A model generated the notes under the pieces. The model searched no databases. It saw only the letters and a list, made by a program, of their open reading frames with translations, and had not been told where the DNA came from. From IMG/VR virus record IMGVR_UViG_3300011113_000265, positions 1 through 64,000 of that record: a DNA stretch of 64,000 nucleotides; one strand, written 5' to 3'. Shown here piece after piece: positions 47,001 through 56,891 of this stretch. Origin of the DNA: a virus (taxonomy: Duplodnaviria; Caudoviricetes). How positions within the stretch are numbered: the stretch's first letter is position 1; each line of letters opens with the position of its first letter. Made by a program: the position numbers and the translations under genes.

Positions 47001-49997
47001 TTTAATGAGTATTTATTAATATTAGATAATGATATTGATATTGATGAAACTAAAAAGCTTTTAAATAAAGCTAATGACAGATTAAACCAACTTAATACTG
47101 CAATAGAAAATATAAATAAAACTATATTTGAATTAAATAATCAAAAGAAAGATCTTATTACTTTAGGTTTAGAAATTAAAGAATCTTTTGAAAAATCTGA
47201 AGGATTTTCTATCGAAGAGTTTATTAGAAAAATGGATGATTTAAATATACCATCTATTGAAAGAATATGGGCTAAAAATTTAGTTAAAGATTTAGAAGAT
47301 TTGGCTAATACTAATGATATTGATAATGCATTATATAATTTAGATATTCTTAAAAGTAATTTAGAAGTTGAAGTAAATAGAGTTACTAATATTATTGATA
47401 TTTTAGAAAAAGCTTTAATTAAATCAGAAGCTTATAAAGAATGGGTATTAGCTTCTAAAATAGAAGGATTACCTGGATGGTTTAGTAGTAAATGGAATGT
47501 TAGTAAAACAACAGATCCATTTAAACTTAGTGCTAAATCTAATGATTTAAAAGATATAAAAAAATTATATCAGTTTCAAAAATTAATGACTAAATATGCT
47601 AATGCAAATGGTATTAGTCCTGAAGAAGCATATCAAGAATACTTAAATGATTTAAATCAATTAAAAGAAGAAACTAATAATTTTGATAATAATCTTAATA
47701 GAACTTATCAAGAAATAGAAAGTATTAGAGAACATTTATTAATTAATAAAGCTGATTTAGTTAATTTAAAAAATAGATTAGCTGATGTTATTGATGTAAT
47801 GGAATTTAATAAGAAAAGATCTCTTGTTAATACTATTCAAAAAAATCTTAATCAAATTAAAATTAAATATAGTAATATTGTTAATAAAGAAACTAAAAAT
47901 CTTCAATTAGTAGATAATCAAATAGGAAGTGATGCTCCTCCAATTGATGATGTTACTGAAGAAGATAATATTGAATTAGGTACTTCAAAAAGTGCTAAAT
48001 CTAATAATCTTTTTTATACTACTAATAAAACAATATTACAAAAATCTAATGGAAAAACAGATTATGATAGTGAAGGATATCCAAAAACTAATCCTAATAA
48101 TGATGCTGTTAGATGGAATACCTTTTTAGAAAGAAATCCTGATTTAAGTAAAAACTTTGCATTACAAGCATTTATTTTACAAGATTTACCTGATGACTCT
48201 CCACTTAAAATAGCTGCATTAGAACGCATAAAACAAGGTGGTGGTACACCTAGTAGTACAGATATTATTACAGCTTTAGTAGATACTAAAACTGACGAAC
48301 TAGTTAAAGCTAGTATTGATGGTATTCAAAATGGTGAAGTAGGTCAAGGGTTAGTTTATACATTTTTACCTCTTACAAGTAGTTTATTAGAAGGAGATTC
48401 TAAAGTAAATGGACCTGCATTATTTACATATTTTAATAATTTTGGTTTAAAAGATTTAGGATATAATTCAATTAATTTACAATCATCTATAATGAATTTA
48501 GATAAATCTCATGATGGTGATTTAATAGAACTTACTAAAAAAGATGGAACTAAACTTAAAATAACTTTAGCAGAGTTTAAAAATATGACTTTAGAATATG
48601 CTAAAAATAAGCATATTGAATTTATTAATATAATTATTACATCTAGTAGAAGTGGTAAAAAAGTATTTTTACCTATAAAAGGAGTAACTAATGGTATTTT
48701 ATTAAAGAAAGAATCTGTTGATGGTTCTAATGTAATGCAACCAGTTCGTAATATATTAGCAGATAGAAGAAATATTGATACTTCAACTGATACAGGTTTA
48801 GATAATGTTAAAATATTTGTAGTTGATAAAAAAGTTGATCAGTATAAAATACCTGGTACAAATATTATTATTGATAATCCTAAATTAGGAGCTACTATAA
48901 TTTATAATGCAAAAACAAAAGAATATTTTTATGCTAATCAAAGAAATATTAATGATGATGAAGTTGATTTAATATTTCATTTGTTAGAAATGATTGCTAA
49001 TAATCCTGAGAAAAATTTGAACATGCAAGTAAAAATTGGTGGTCAAGATAATAGATTTTATATTGGAGCTAATGGTGATAGAATATCTGAAATAGATATT
49101 TTTAGAAAACAAGGAACTATATCTCTAATGAATAATCTTATTTATTGGGGAGGTAAACCTAAAACAGAAGCTACTAAACATACTATTTATATTGATAAAG
49201 GTAGAATATTTTATCCTAATCCTAATAACAACTTTGCTTTAGAATTTATATCTTTATCAGATATAAGAAATATTGGTAAAAATAAAAATTTACAAGCTTA
49301 TTTAAAAACTAAAAGATTTAATGTTAATACTAATATGATGAAAAATACAGGATTATATTTTCATCCAGTATTAAAAAATGGTAAATTAGATTGGGTTGCT
49401 TTTAAAGGAGGTTATAAAGATATGTTGTTAAATGGTAATGCTAAAATGGATCCTGTATTAATAACAAGTGCTATTGATAGTAATAATAGTAATTATAAGG
49501 GAAATAAATTATTATTTGCTTCTAAAAATATTATATTAGATATTAATAATGACGGTATACCTTCTATAATGAATGATTATAAAAAACAACAACCTGCAAA
49601 AAGTCCAATAATACCTCCTATTGTAGCAGGTACATATACTACTACAACAACTAGTCAACCTATTGCTGAACCTGTATTTACTGATAAACAAGGTTTACCA
49701 CAAAATTTAGAAGATATAGAAGTTACAGATGAATTTTTAAATGAGAATGCTGTTATAATAGGAAAATCAAGCAAATCAACTTTTGTATCAGGTGTTACAA
49801 ATGAACTTATATTTTCTGAAACACCACTTATTACAAAAACAACGCCTCCACCATCAGATACTAATCAAGGTGCACAACCAGAAGTTGTAGAACAAAAAAC
49901 TGAAGAATTAAAAGATCAGTGTGAAGGTAATACTCCTAATACACCTACTAAAAAACCTAAAGGATTTGGTAAAAATAATAATCCATTAGGTATTTAA
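44100..49997 (+). CDS. Giant cargo protein with N-terminal membrane-like segments and coiled coils
   Basis: 1965 aa; Gly/Ala hydrophobic stretches in the first ~460 aa; the only Cys seen is near the C-terminus. Confidence 0.7.
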   Translation: MPLDNNNIGHIDDIRARLAVKAKAPNFATAITLKPDQISQYDTQFEIPIGGDWESALGEYKAQQQPGIDQLANGLVKGAVLAGTTFADTFGGTLSGVLNMALNGSEQGYLNAFVNNPFSNAMQDINDASEKAFANYRTRAEQEMGVFEQMGTANFWGDMFIKNLGFAGGAMAAGYVSGALFSGLTQGVRARQEAELFKKMTKNVITKDAKSVEEGIQMLANAERTGLLNVEAAELKQLLEDSGKAYRNLNRANQLTSSALAATGEARIEALGNGRQFQKAKLQELNAEFKNSDGTFKAGKTQEEYNNKLNQLDDLVKGFQNSEFLINTALLTASNFIGYRNFFAKDYGLNAGRFDDLISINSIKNITAGEDIAKLIQTKWYSTLGKSLMGSGREGLEEFFQTVTQKSADNYYSAKFNGVDPDAFTSLAAGMNEAMGKEGLESFILGAMTGLIMPGGGLISEFKQAKQLNKDAAERVADLNNSVKAYVEQYKTNPESVFMNFYDMINRDVNLNKAQLKALLDDDKYTYENLKNDKFYNMASAFINAGKYNDLVDILEEETKLSADDLRVKYSVPTDPADPNSPKKEFFKNWTDDEIKTYVANQSRKNTDAVKNIRDLMNNIESRYGKQLALVKTEDGTKKVEIKNILARHLFLGETLDRRLTSVHNELLKMFADAEPANVLDTTDGFAITDFINNASRQLEEVNDENFKKILKNFEKVAKNSSDPKKMIELFTDYIQLAGDRKAHNAAWIRLTENSFTNLLNRLQTEDQKQAEKNIEQTNKELNDEEKINIVREKAKAAGYSKVGNYFTITDNNGNVKKYELDPIDIFNERKKLQEEFNNNLSQLDPNDTEAIKALEEDYAFKKDDLVNKANQALIKDFETGEYLKENNQYVKFNKEFALKNYNKIQFIPREQAVSIKRSKVIQNSNRRKIEAVRQVLLELNKDINSNIAQIDALNNEKSQLENDIKFFNEYLLILDNDIDIDETKKLLNKANDRLNQLNTAIENINKTIFELNNQKKDLITLGLEIKESFEKSEGFSIEEFIRKMDDLNIPSIERIWAKNLVKDLEDLANTNDIDNALYNLDILKSNLEVEVNRVTNIIDILEKALIKSEAYKEWVLASKIEGLPGWFSSKWNVSKTTDPFKLSAKSNDLKDIKKLYQFQKLMTKYANANGISPEEAYQEYLNDLNQLKEETNNFDNNLNRTYQEIESIREHLLINKADLVNLKNRLADVIDVMEFNKKRSLVNTIQKNLNQIKIKYSNIVNKETKNLQLVDNQIGSDAPPIDDVTEEDNIELGTSKSAKSNNLFYTTNKTILQKSNGKTDYDSEGYPKTNPNNDAVRWNTFLERNPDLSKNFALQAFILQDLPDDSPLKIAALERIKQGGGTPSSTDIITALVDTKTDELVKASIDGIQNGEVGQGLVYTFLPLTSSLLEGDSKVNGPALFTYFNNFGLKDLGYNSINLQSSIMNLDKSHDGDLIELTKKDGTKLKITLAEFKNMTLEYAKNKHIEFINIIITSSRSGKKVFLPIKGVTNGILLKKESVDGSNVMQPVRNILADRRNIDTSTDTGLDNVKIFVVDKKVDQYKIPGTNIIIDNPKLGATIIYNAKTKEYFYANQRNINDDEVDLIFHLLEMIANNPEKNLNMQVKIGGQDNRFYIGANGDRISEIDIFRKQGTISLMNNLIYWGGKPKTEATKHTIYIDKGRIFYPNPNNNFALEFISLSDIRNIGKNKNLQAYLKTKRFNVNTNMMKNTGLYFHPVLKNGKLDWVAFKGGYKDMLLNGNAKMDPVLITSAIDSNNSNYKGNKLLFASKNIILDINNDGIPSIMNDYKKQQPAKSPIIPPIVAGTYTTTTTSQPIAEPVFTDKQGLPQNLEDIEVTDEFLNENAVIIGKSSKSTFVSGVTNELIFSETPLITKTTPPPSDTNQGAQPEVVEQKTEELKDQCEGNTPNTPTKKPKGFGKNNNPLGI

Positions 49998-50019
49998 TAA
50001 AATATAATATAAAATAAAT

Positions 50020-53000
50020 ATGATTTTTGCATGTCCTATTAAAAGTTCACAAGCTTGGAAAGATTTAGAAGCTACTTATGGTAAACAAATGGCTTGGAAT
50101 CTTTATTACATGAATGCTGGAACAATACCTTCATTAACTGAAGCTAAACTAATTCGTGTAAATCATGAATCACAATTAAATAGTTTTATGTTTGAAGATA
50201 TAAAACTATCTAGTACTGAAAAAGATGATTTATTTAAAACTTTAAAGTATTGGTTTATTAGAAATATGACAGGTAGTTTTGATACATTAGATAAATTAGA
50301 AAATTTATTAGAAGATGAAATAGATTCTAAAACATTAAGAACTATATATGAAAATACTTTAACAGACATATTTAATAATATTGGTCCTGAACCAGGCAGT
50401 AGATTAGAACAAATATTTATTGCAATAGTTAAAGATCATCCTTATGATGAAACTACTAAATCTAATATATTTTTAGAAGAGTTTGGTATTGATGCAGGTT
50501 ATGGTCAAGGATTAATATATAATCAATTTAAAAAACAATTAAATAATTTACTTAGTTTTGAAGTTGATGATGAATCTGAAAATGAAAAAACTAAAGGTAA
50601 TGAAGATGTTAAAGATTCTTATGGTAAAGAAGCATTAAAACAAAATAGAAAAGATAGTTTCTCTAGAGGTATTAAATTATTACTATCAGGTATTCCTAAA
50701 TTACAAGGTACAAATTTATCAGATATAAATAGTTATGTAACTACTCAAACATTTGGTAGTGCTCAACCTATGGATCAATCTACAGTAAATAATTTATTAT
50801 TAAATACATTTGCTAATACACCTGCTAACATAAATGATTTTTTTGAAAAGATATATAAAGAAAAAGATAATAATCCTACAATTAATTGGTTGTATGAAAA
50901 AATATTTCAACATGTTAAAGTAACAACTAATGAGCAAGGTATAATTGTTAATTCTGAAATTAAAGCTGATGAAACTAATTTAGCTAGATTAAATCTTATT
51001 AATAAGTTTATACAATCATTTGCTAATTATAAATATAAATTAAATTCTTTTGTTGTTAGTCCTTCTGATTCTTCTGCAGAAGGTTTTAATATTAAAAAAC
51101 AAGACGCTGATACTAACAATCTTAAAAATAGGATGTTAAAAGAATGGGATGCTAATTTAATTAAAAATTATTCTGAAGGTTTTGTAGATTCTAAAGGTTA
51201 TAAAATTAATTTTAATTCAAATCAAGGATTTTTAAATTATATCTTAAATGAAAAAACTCCTTTAATTGATAGATTAACAGCTTTAGGTATTCCTAATATT
51301 GAAAATAGAATGTTAGATTCTGAAGAACTATTACCAATTAGAAATACTAAAGCAACTCTTTTCGATGTATCTAGTCAATTATTAAATAGTATTAGAACTA
51401 ATCAAAATAAAATACTTAATTTAAGTAATATACAAGAAATATTTAATCCTAAAGCTAAAGATGAATTTCTTGATATGCATGTATCAGTTGTTGGTATATT
51501 AGAGCATTTAATACCTTATAGAAAAGATTATGATAATCAGCTTTATAATATAGATGGTAATTTAATTAGTAGTATTAATTTGAATAATTATCAAACTTTA
51601 ATGTTAACTAGATTACAATCAGCTGTTAGTAAAGCATTAAAAATATATCCTGATGATTGGGCTAAAAATAATGGTAAAAATGTTTTAGAATATTTAAATA
51701 ATGAAATTCCTGAAGCTTTAAATTTATGGTCTAGTGATAGTATATTTTTAGATAGAATTATTAGAGGTAATAACTTATCTATTGAATTATTAGATGGTAT
51801 GACTTCTGTTGGAGAATCAGGTGTACATACTTCAGTTTTATCTGAAACAGATCTTTGGAGTACATTTATTGATAGTAGTTTAGATAATTTATTTCCTGCA
51901 ATAAAACACGCAGATAGAAGTATGTTTTATGGATATAGTTTTGGTTATGGAGATACAGATATACTAAGTAATAGTGGTAAATATGTTCCTAATGTTGAAT
52001 GGAAAAATGTTTTTAAAAATTATTTATTTAAATATTTAGATACTGAAATTAGACGTATAAGAATTGCTCAAGATAAAAATAGTATAGGTAATCAAATTCA
52101 AAATTATAATAAACAAAGTAAAAAATTTATTTTATTTGAAGATATATTAGATGTTAATAATTCAGCTAATCAAAATAAAATAGATGATTTAATTAATAGT
52201 TATACAGGGTTTGATAATTTAGTAAATAATCCTTGGGTAGCTGATAGATTTGAAAATTGGAGTAATCAATATTTTACAAAAACTATTGCTGCAGCTAACT
52301 CTGTAGGTATAGGTGAAAATATAAAAAATTCTGGTATTGATGCAAAAATATTAAATAAACTATATGTAGCTTTAGATTATTCTGCTAGAAGTAAACCTAA
52401 AAATAAACAATTTTTAGATGAGGTTATTAGTATTGCAGCAGCTAAATATTTTATTGGTTCTATAGAACAATCTAAATTATTTTTTGGTGATCCTGCATTA
52501 TACAATATAAAAGAATCAGATGGTATTCTTATATATGATATGATTAAAAGGGTTAATATGCAATCATCTACTAAGATGGTTGGTATTGTTGATGATATTA
52601 ATAATAGTTTTTTAAATAATCTAGCATTAGATAAAAAATATCAAATATCTTTTGATGGGCAAAATTACTTTTCTTATAAAAAGAATTTTGATGGTACTAT
52701 TACAGAATTAGTTATTAATGATCCTAAAACAATAACTTCAATAGGTACTGAACTAGCAATGATTTTTGGTGAAGATTCACCTGAATATAAAGCTTATACT
52801 AAAGGATTTGAAGAACCAGATGGTTATAGTATAGGTAATATATTCTTTGCTCTTGAAGGTATAATTAGAACTGAAGGTATTGCTTCAGGTAGACTTAATG
52901 TATTAGAAAAAGAATTAAAAGCACTACATTCTTCTAAAGAGGAAATTAATAAGTTATATACAATACCTAAAGGTATGAGTGCTAAAGATTATATGACTAA

Positions 53001-56000
53001 TGAATTAAGACCTTTTACTCAACAAAAGTTTCAATATTTAGGTCCTAATTATATGACTGATAGAGATTCATATATTAAAAGTGGATCTGAAGGTGAATGG
53101 AAAAATAGATTAGGTTTTGTTGCAGGTAGAAAAACATCTTATGGTTATTTAATGCCTAGTATGGTTAAAGGTACTGTATTAGAACAATTAAATAGATTTA
53201 TGTTAGAGAATGGTATAGACGTTATACATTTTAGTTCTGCTGCTAAATTTGGTGCAGGTAAAACTAGAAACTTTTATAGTACTACTACAACACCTGAAGG
53301 TATAACACACACTACTAGATTTAATAACGCACCTATTGAATATGGTGAAATAGGTTATTTAGATTTTAGATATATGGGTAAACAACAAGAAGTTTCTTAT
53401 GAATCTAAAAATGAAGCAAGTGATAGTACTCAAGGTAGAAAAACTAATTTAAGTGGTATTATTGAAAATGGTGAAGCTATTAATGAAGAATTAGAACAAT
53501 ATTTAGAAGAGTATGATAATATTTATAGAGATTTAATAAGTGAGTTAATTAAAGAATTAAGTAACTCTTATAAGTTATCTCCAGTTACTTTTAATATGAT
53601 GGACACTATGAAGTTTGTTAATCTTATTAGAAAGCAAGCTGAACAAAGAGATTCTCCTAATAATATTATTGATTCTATTGTAGATTGGGCTAATAGTGAT
53701 ACTACTCTTAAATATATTGAAAGTTTAGCTAACTATCAAAAAATACAATATGTATTAACTAGTATAGTTACTAATAAACTACTTATATTAAAAAGACCTG
53801 GTACAATGCTTCCACAATCTCCTAGTACTGGTTGGGAAAATAAAGCTAGACAAGTAATTGGTGATAAATTAGTAGCAAGTGATGAGTATAAATTTTATAC
53901 TTTTGAATATGATACTGACGGTAATATAATTAAAGTTAATCCTTGTGAATGTGCAATACCTTTACCTGTTAAATATATAGATGGTTTATTAGATTATTAT
54001 GATGGTTCACAAGTATTAGTTAATAATGAAATTATTAGAAAACCTAATGCTCAACGTAGTATATCAAAACTTATTGATATATTAAATGAGGAAATAGAAT
54101 CTGGTAATGTTCAACATCAAATTACTATTAAAGGTCTTAGAATTCCTAATCAACAAATGTCTTCTAATGATGTATTTAAAGTTAAGAAATTCTTAAATCC
54201 TATCTATAATCAAACTATTATAGTACCTAATGAAATTATTGTAAAGACTGGATCAGATTATGATATCGATAAGGAAAGTTTATACTTTCCAATATTAGAT
54301 GATAAGATGATGATTAAAGGTCCTGATGAATTAAATAATATACAAAAAGCACAACAAGATTTATTAAGTTTAGAAATTAAAATGTTGCTGCATCCTAGTA
54401 GAGTTAAAAGATTACTTACACCAGTAACAGAAGGTTCTATTAAACAAATTGCTAAAGATAAACAAAAACAAATTGCTCAACAAGAAAAAAATAGTCCTAA
54501 TAAAACTGTAAATAAACCAGCTACACATTTATTTGAAATGTCTAGTTTAATTGATGGTACATTAGAATATGTAGGTGGTAAGAAAGGTGTAGGTATTGTT
54601 GCTACTTGGATTACATTTCACAAATTAGCTGAAAGATATAAAATTACACTTAAACCTAGTTATTATGATGCTAGTAAAGAAACTTATATATCAACAGCTT
54701 TAAATAATCAATTTCTTGATGGTGTAGATAAATATGATACAGAAGGTAATATAATATTTTATAATACTTATAATGAACATAATGGTGTTATTGAACAAAT
54801 AGAAGATATTCTTAGTTCATTAATCACTAGTCAAGTAGATATTGTAAAAGATAGTTATTCATCTGTTGTTAATATTAAACTTAATACACTTAATTTAGTA
54901 TGTTATTTAGTAATGAGAGGTTGTTCTACTCAAAGTATAATTAATTTTATAGATAATCCTTATGTTAAACAATTTAATAAAATTAAAGATATAAATAAAG
55001 CACAATCTATTAATAGTGATTATGCTAGATCTAATAAAGATATTGTTGAATTTATTGCTAATAAAAATAAAAATATTGAAGCTTTATTAAATGAATATAT
55101 AAAATTAAGTGAACAATCTTTTAAAATTAAAGATGTTAAAGATTATTTATCAGCTGATACTAAGTATTTAAAAAGTCCTGAAGAAGTTTGGGAAGTAGAT
55201 AATACTTTATACAGTAAAATAATTTCTACAGAAGGACTTATTTCTGAAAATCAAATAAATAATTTAAGAGATAATAGTTTGCTTAGTGGTTTTATTACAT
55301 CAAGATCATTAATTAACACTATATTTGATCGTTTATATCTTACAAGAAATTCTAGTAATAAAGAATTAGTTAATAAACAATCTTTATTAACCAGAAATGG
55401 TTTTTCACATATCTTTAATACAGAAGCTAAAAACAAAGCTGTAAAGCGTTATAATGAACATTTTGTTACGTTCCTTATACAGAATATTATTAAACATAAT
55501 TATGATAATTTAAAGAGTGGACCTAATAGTTTAGCTAAAAGAATATTAAGAGCTAAGGATAATCCTCAATTTAAAAATAATACTTTAATAAAACAATTAG
55601 TTGCTATTATTGATAATAAATTAGGCAATAATACTAATCAACAAATAGATAATATTAAATTATATTTTAGTAAATTAACTACAGCTGAAACTAATAATCT
55701 AATTAGTAACTATGAAGATATAGAAAAAATTGATAATGATTTATATAAAGATTTAGTATATTTTAATTTATATCAAGCTGGTATATCTAATAGTCCTTAT
55801 CAATTAAATAAAATACTTTCTTATAAAGGACAAAAATTAGTATTAAATGCTATTAATAGTCCTGAGATACAAAAGTTGCTTACAGATGAAAATCTTGCTA
55901 TATTTTATGATAAGTTTTTTAAGAATAATCCTACTTTAGTTAAAAAAAATAGAAAAATTAAAGCTTCCGATTTTGTTGAAAATAATGATTTTGAAAGTTT

Positions 56001-56466
56001 TGAAAAATCAATGGATTATATTTCAAATCCTTTCTTATTATATACTAAACAATATACTAAAGAAAGTAAGATTGTTTTACAAGATGAATTTGGAAATACA
56101 ATTATACCTGAAGGTGGTGTTAATGGTATAGATTATACTATTAAACCTGGTGATAAAGCTAATGAAAAGATAGTAAACTTAATTAGTAATTATCAAATAT
56201 CTGAAATTGCTGAAGCTCCTAGTAGTGAAACTGTTGCTAAACAAGCTATTGTTGAACTTACTCAACCTACTACACCTACTCAACCACAAGCTGATACATT
56301 TTATAATCTTAAAGATTTTTCAGATGAACAGAAATTTAGTATATTAGATAATATGATATCTAAAGGTGATGCTACTACTGAAGAAGATGCTGTAGATCAA
56401 TTAAATCAAATGTTAGCAACTGATAAGCAGTTTGCTGTTGAATATATGAAATCTTGTTTAACTTAA
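50020..56466 (+). CDS. Virion-packaged DNA-dependent RNA polymerase (crAss-like, phi14:2 gp66 type)
   Basis: 2148 aa; GLRIPNQ and KTGSDYDIDK (DxDxD catalytic motif, about 54244-54273). Confidence 0.88.
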   Translation: MIFACPIKSSQAWKDLEATYGKQMAWNLYYMNAGTIPSLTEAKLIRVNHESQLNSFMFEDIKLSSTEKDDLFKTLKYWFIRNMTGSFDTLDKLENLLEDEIDSKTLRTIYENTLTDIFNNIGPEPGSRLEQIFIAIVKDHPYDETTKSNIFLEEFGIDAGYGQGLIYNQFKKQLNNLLSFEVDDESENEKTKGNEDVKDSYGKEALKQNRKDSFSRGIKLLLSGIPKLQGTNLSDINSYVTTQTFGSAQPMDQSTVNNLLLNTFANTPANINDFFEKIYKEKDNNPTINWLYEKIFQHVKVTTNEQGIIVNSEIKADETNLARLNLINKFIQSFANYKYKLNSFVVSPSDSSAEGFNIKKQDADTNNLKNRMLKEWDANLIKNYSEGFVDSKGYKINFNSNQGFLNYILNEKTPLIDRLTALGIPNIENRMLDSEELLPIRNTKATLFDVSSQLLNSIRTNQNKILNLSNIQEIFNPKAKDEFLDMHVSVVGILEHLIPYRKDYDNQLYNIDGNLISSINLNNYQTLMLTRLQSAVSKALKIYPDDWAKNNGKNVLEYLNNEIPEALNLWSSDSIFLDRIIRGNNLSIELLDGMTSVGESGVHTSVLSETDLWSTFIDSSLDNLFPAIKHADRSMFYGYSFGYGDTDILSNSGKYVPNVEWKNVFKNYLFKYLDTEIRRIRIAQDKNSIGNQIQNYNKQSKKFILFEDILDVNNSANQNKIDDLINSYTGFDNLVNNPWVADRFENWSNQYFTKTIAAANSVGIGENIKNSGIDAKILNKLYVALDYSARSKPKNKQFLDEVISIAAAKYFIGSIEQSKLFFGDPALYNIKESDGILIYDMIKRVNMQSSTKMVGIVDDINNSFLNNLALDKKYQISFDGQNYFSYKKNFDGTITELVINDPKTITSIGTELAMIFGEDSPEYKAYTKGFEEPDGYSIGNIFFALEGIIRTEGIASGRLNVLEKELKALHSSKEEINKLYTIPKGMSAKDYMTNELRPFTQQKFQYLGPNYMTDRDSYIKSGSEGEWKNRLGFVAGRKTSYGYLMPSMVKGTVLEQLNRFMLENGIDVIHFSSAAKFGAGKTRNFYSTTTTPEGITHTTRFNNAPIEYGEIGYLDFRYMGKQQEVSYESKNEASDSTQGRKTNLSGIIENGEAINEELEQYLEEYDNIYRDLISELIKELSNSYKLSPVTFNMMDTMKFVNLIRKQAEQRDSPNNIIDSIVDWANSDTTLKYIESLANYQKIQYVLTSIVTNKLLILKRPGTMLPQSPSTGWENKARQVIGDKLVASDEYKFYTFEYDTDGNIIKVNPCECAIPLPVKYIDGLLDYYDGSQVLVNNEIIRKPNAQRSISKLIDILNEEIESGNVQHQITIKGLRIPNQQMSSNDVFKVKKFLNPIYNQTIIVPNEIIVKTGSDYDIDKESLYFPILDDKMMIKGPDELNNIQKAQQDLLSLEIKMLLHPSRVKRLLTPVTEGSIKQIAKDKQKQIAQQEKNSPNKTVNKPATHLFEMSSLIDGTLEYVGGKKGVGIVATWITFHKLAERYKITLKPSYYDASKETYISTALNNQFLDGVDKYDTEGNIIFYNTYNEHNGVIEQIEDILSSLITSQVDIVKDSYSSVVNIKLNTLNLVCYLVMRGCSTQSIINFIDNPYVKQFNKIKDINKAQSINSDYARSNKDIVEFIANKNKNIEALLNEYIKLSEQSFKIKDVKDYLSADTKYLKSPEEVWEVDNTLYSKIISTEGLISENQINNLRDNSLLSGFITSRSLINTIFDRLYLTRNSSNKELVNKQSLLTRNGFSHIFNTEAKNKAVKRYNEHFVTFLIQNIIKHNYDNLKSGPNSLAKRILRAKDNPQFKNNTLIKQLVAIIDNKLGNNTNQQIDNIKLYFSKLTTAETNNLISNYEDIEKIDNDLYKDLVYFNLYQAGISNSPYQLNKILSYKGQKLVLNAINSPEIQKLLTDENLAIFYDKFFKNNPTLVKKNRKIKASDFVENNDFESFEKSMDYISNPFLLYTKQYTKESKIVLQDEFGNTIIPEGGVNGIDYTIKPGDKANEKIVNLISNYQISEIAEAPSSETVAKQAIVELTQPTTPTQPQADTFYNLKDFSDEQKFSILDNMISKGDATTEEDAVDQLNQMLATDKQFAVEYMKSCLT

Positions 56467-56480
56467 AAATATAAAATATA

Positions 56481-56891
56481 ATGTTACCTAAATTAAAAGG
56501 AAGTCAAATGGAACCTGCTGGTTCAACTAAAGCTGCTGTGCAAGCTATATCACAATGCTTATTTGAAGTTGAAATTCAAATGCATATAGTACATTTACAA
56601 GCAAGAGATAAATCATTTGCAATGCATGAAGCTCTTGGTGCATTCTACTCATCACTAGCTGATCTTAATGATGATTTAGTAGAAAAGAGTTTTGTTAAGA
56701 CTGGTCTTATGATGAATTACACTAGTATGAATATTACTAATAATGTAGAACCTATTTCTTATATTAAAAAAGAAATGGCTAAGATTGAGTCTATGAGAAC
56801 TAAAGTTACTGAAGGTTATATACAACAAATAGTTGATAATATACTTGAGCAATTTGCTCATGCAATTTACAAACTTGAAAATCTACACTAA
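56481..56891 (+). CDS. Ferritin/Dps-like four-helix protein
   Basis: HIVHLQ ... HEALGAFY ... DDLVE ... YKL pattern. Confidence 0.7.
   Translation: MLPKLKGSQMEPAGSTKAAVQAISQCLFEVEIQMHIVHLQARDKSFAMHEALGAFYSSLADLNDDLVEKSFVKTGLMMNYTSMNITNNVEPISYIKKEMAKIESMRTKVTEGYIQQIVDNILEQFAHAIYKLENLH

Noticed and set aside
46990-47050. DNDIDID in the 1965-aa protein as a second RNA polymerase DxDxD motif
   Set aside because: It lies in an acidic coiled-coil stretch without the preceding R-x-P motif or GSD context seen in the real polymerase.
18640-56861. Short minus-strand ORFs inside structural genes (e.g. 18640, 23188, 23618, 25665, 28119-29707, 45332, 50163, 55251, 56676)
   Set aside because: They are 60-96 aa, lie opposite long coding genes and have no motifs, as expected for antisense shadows.
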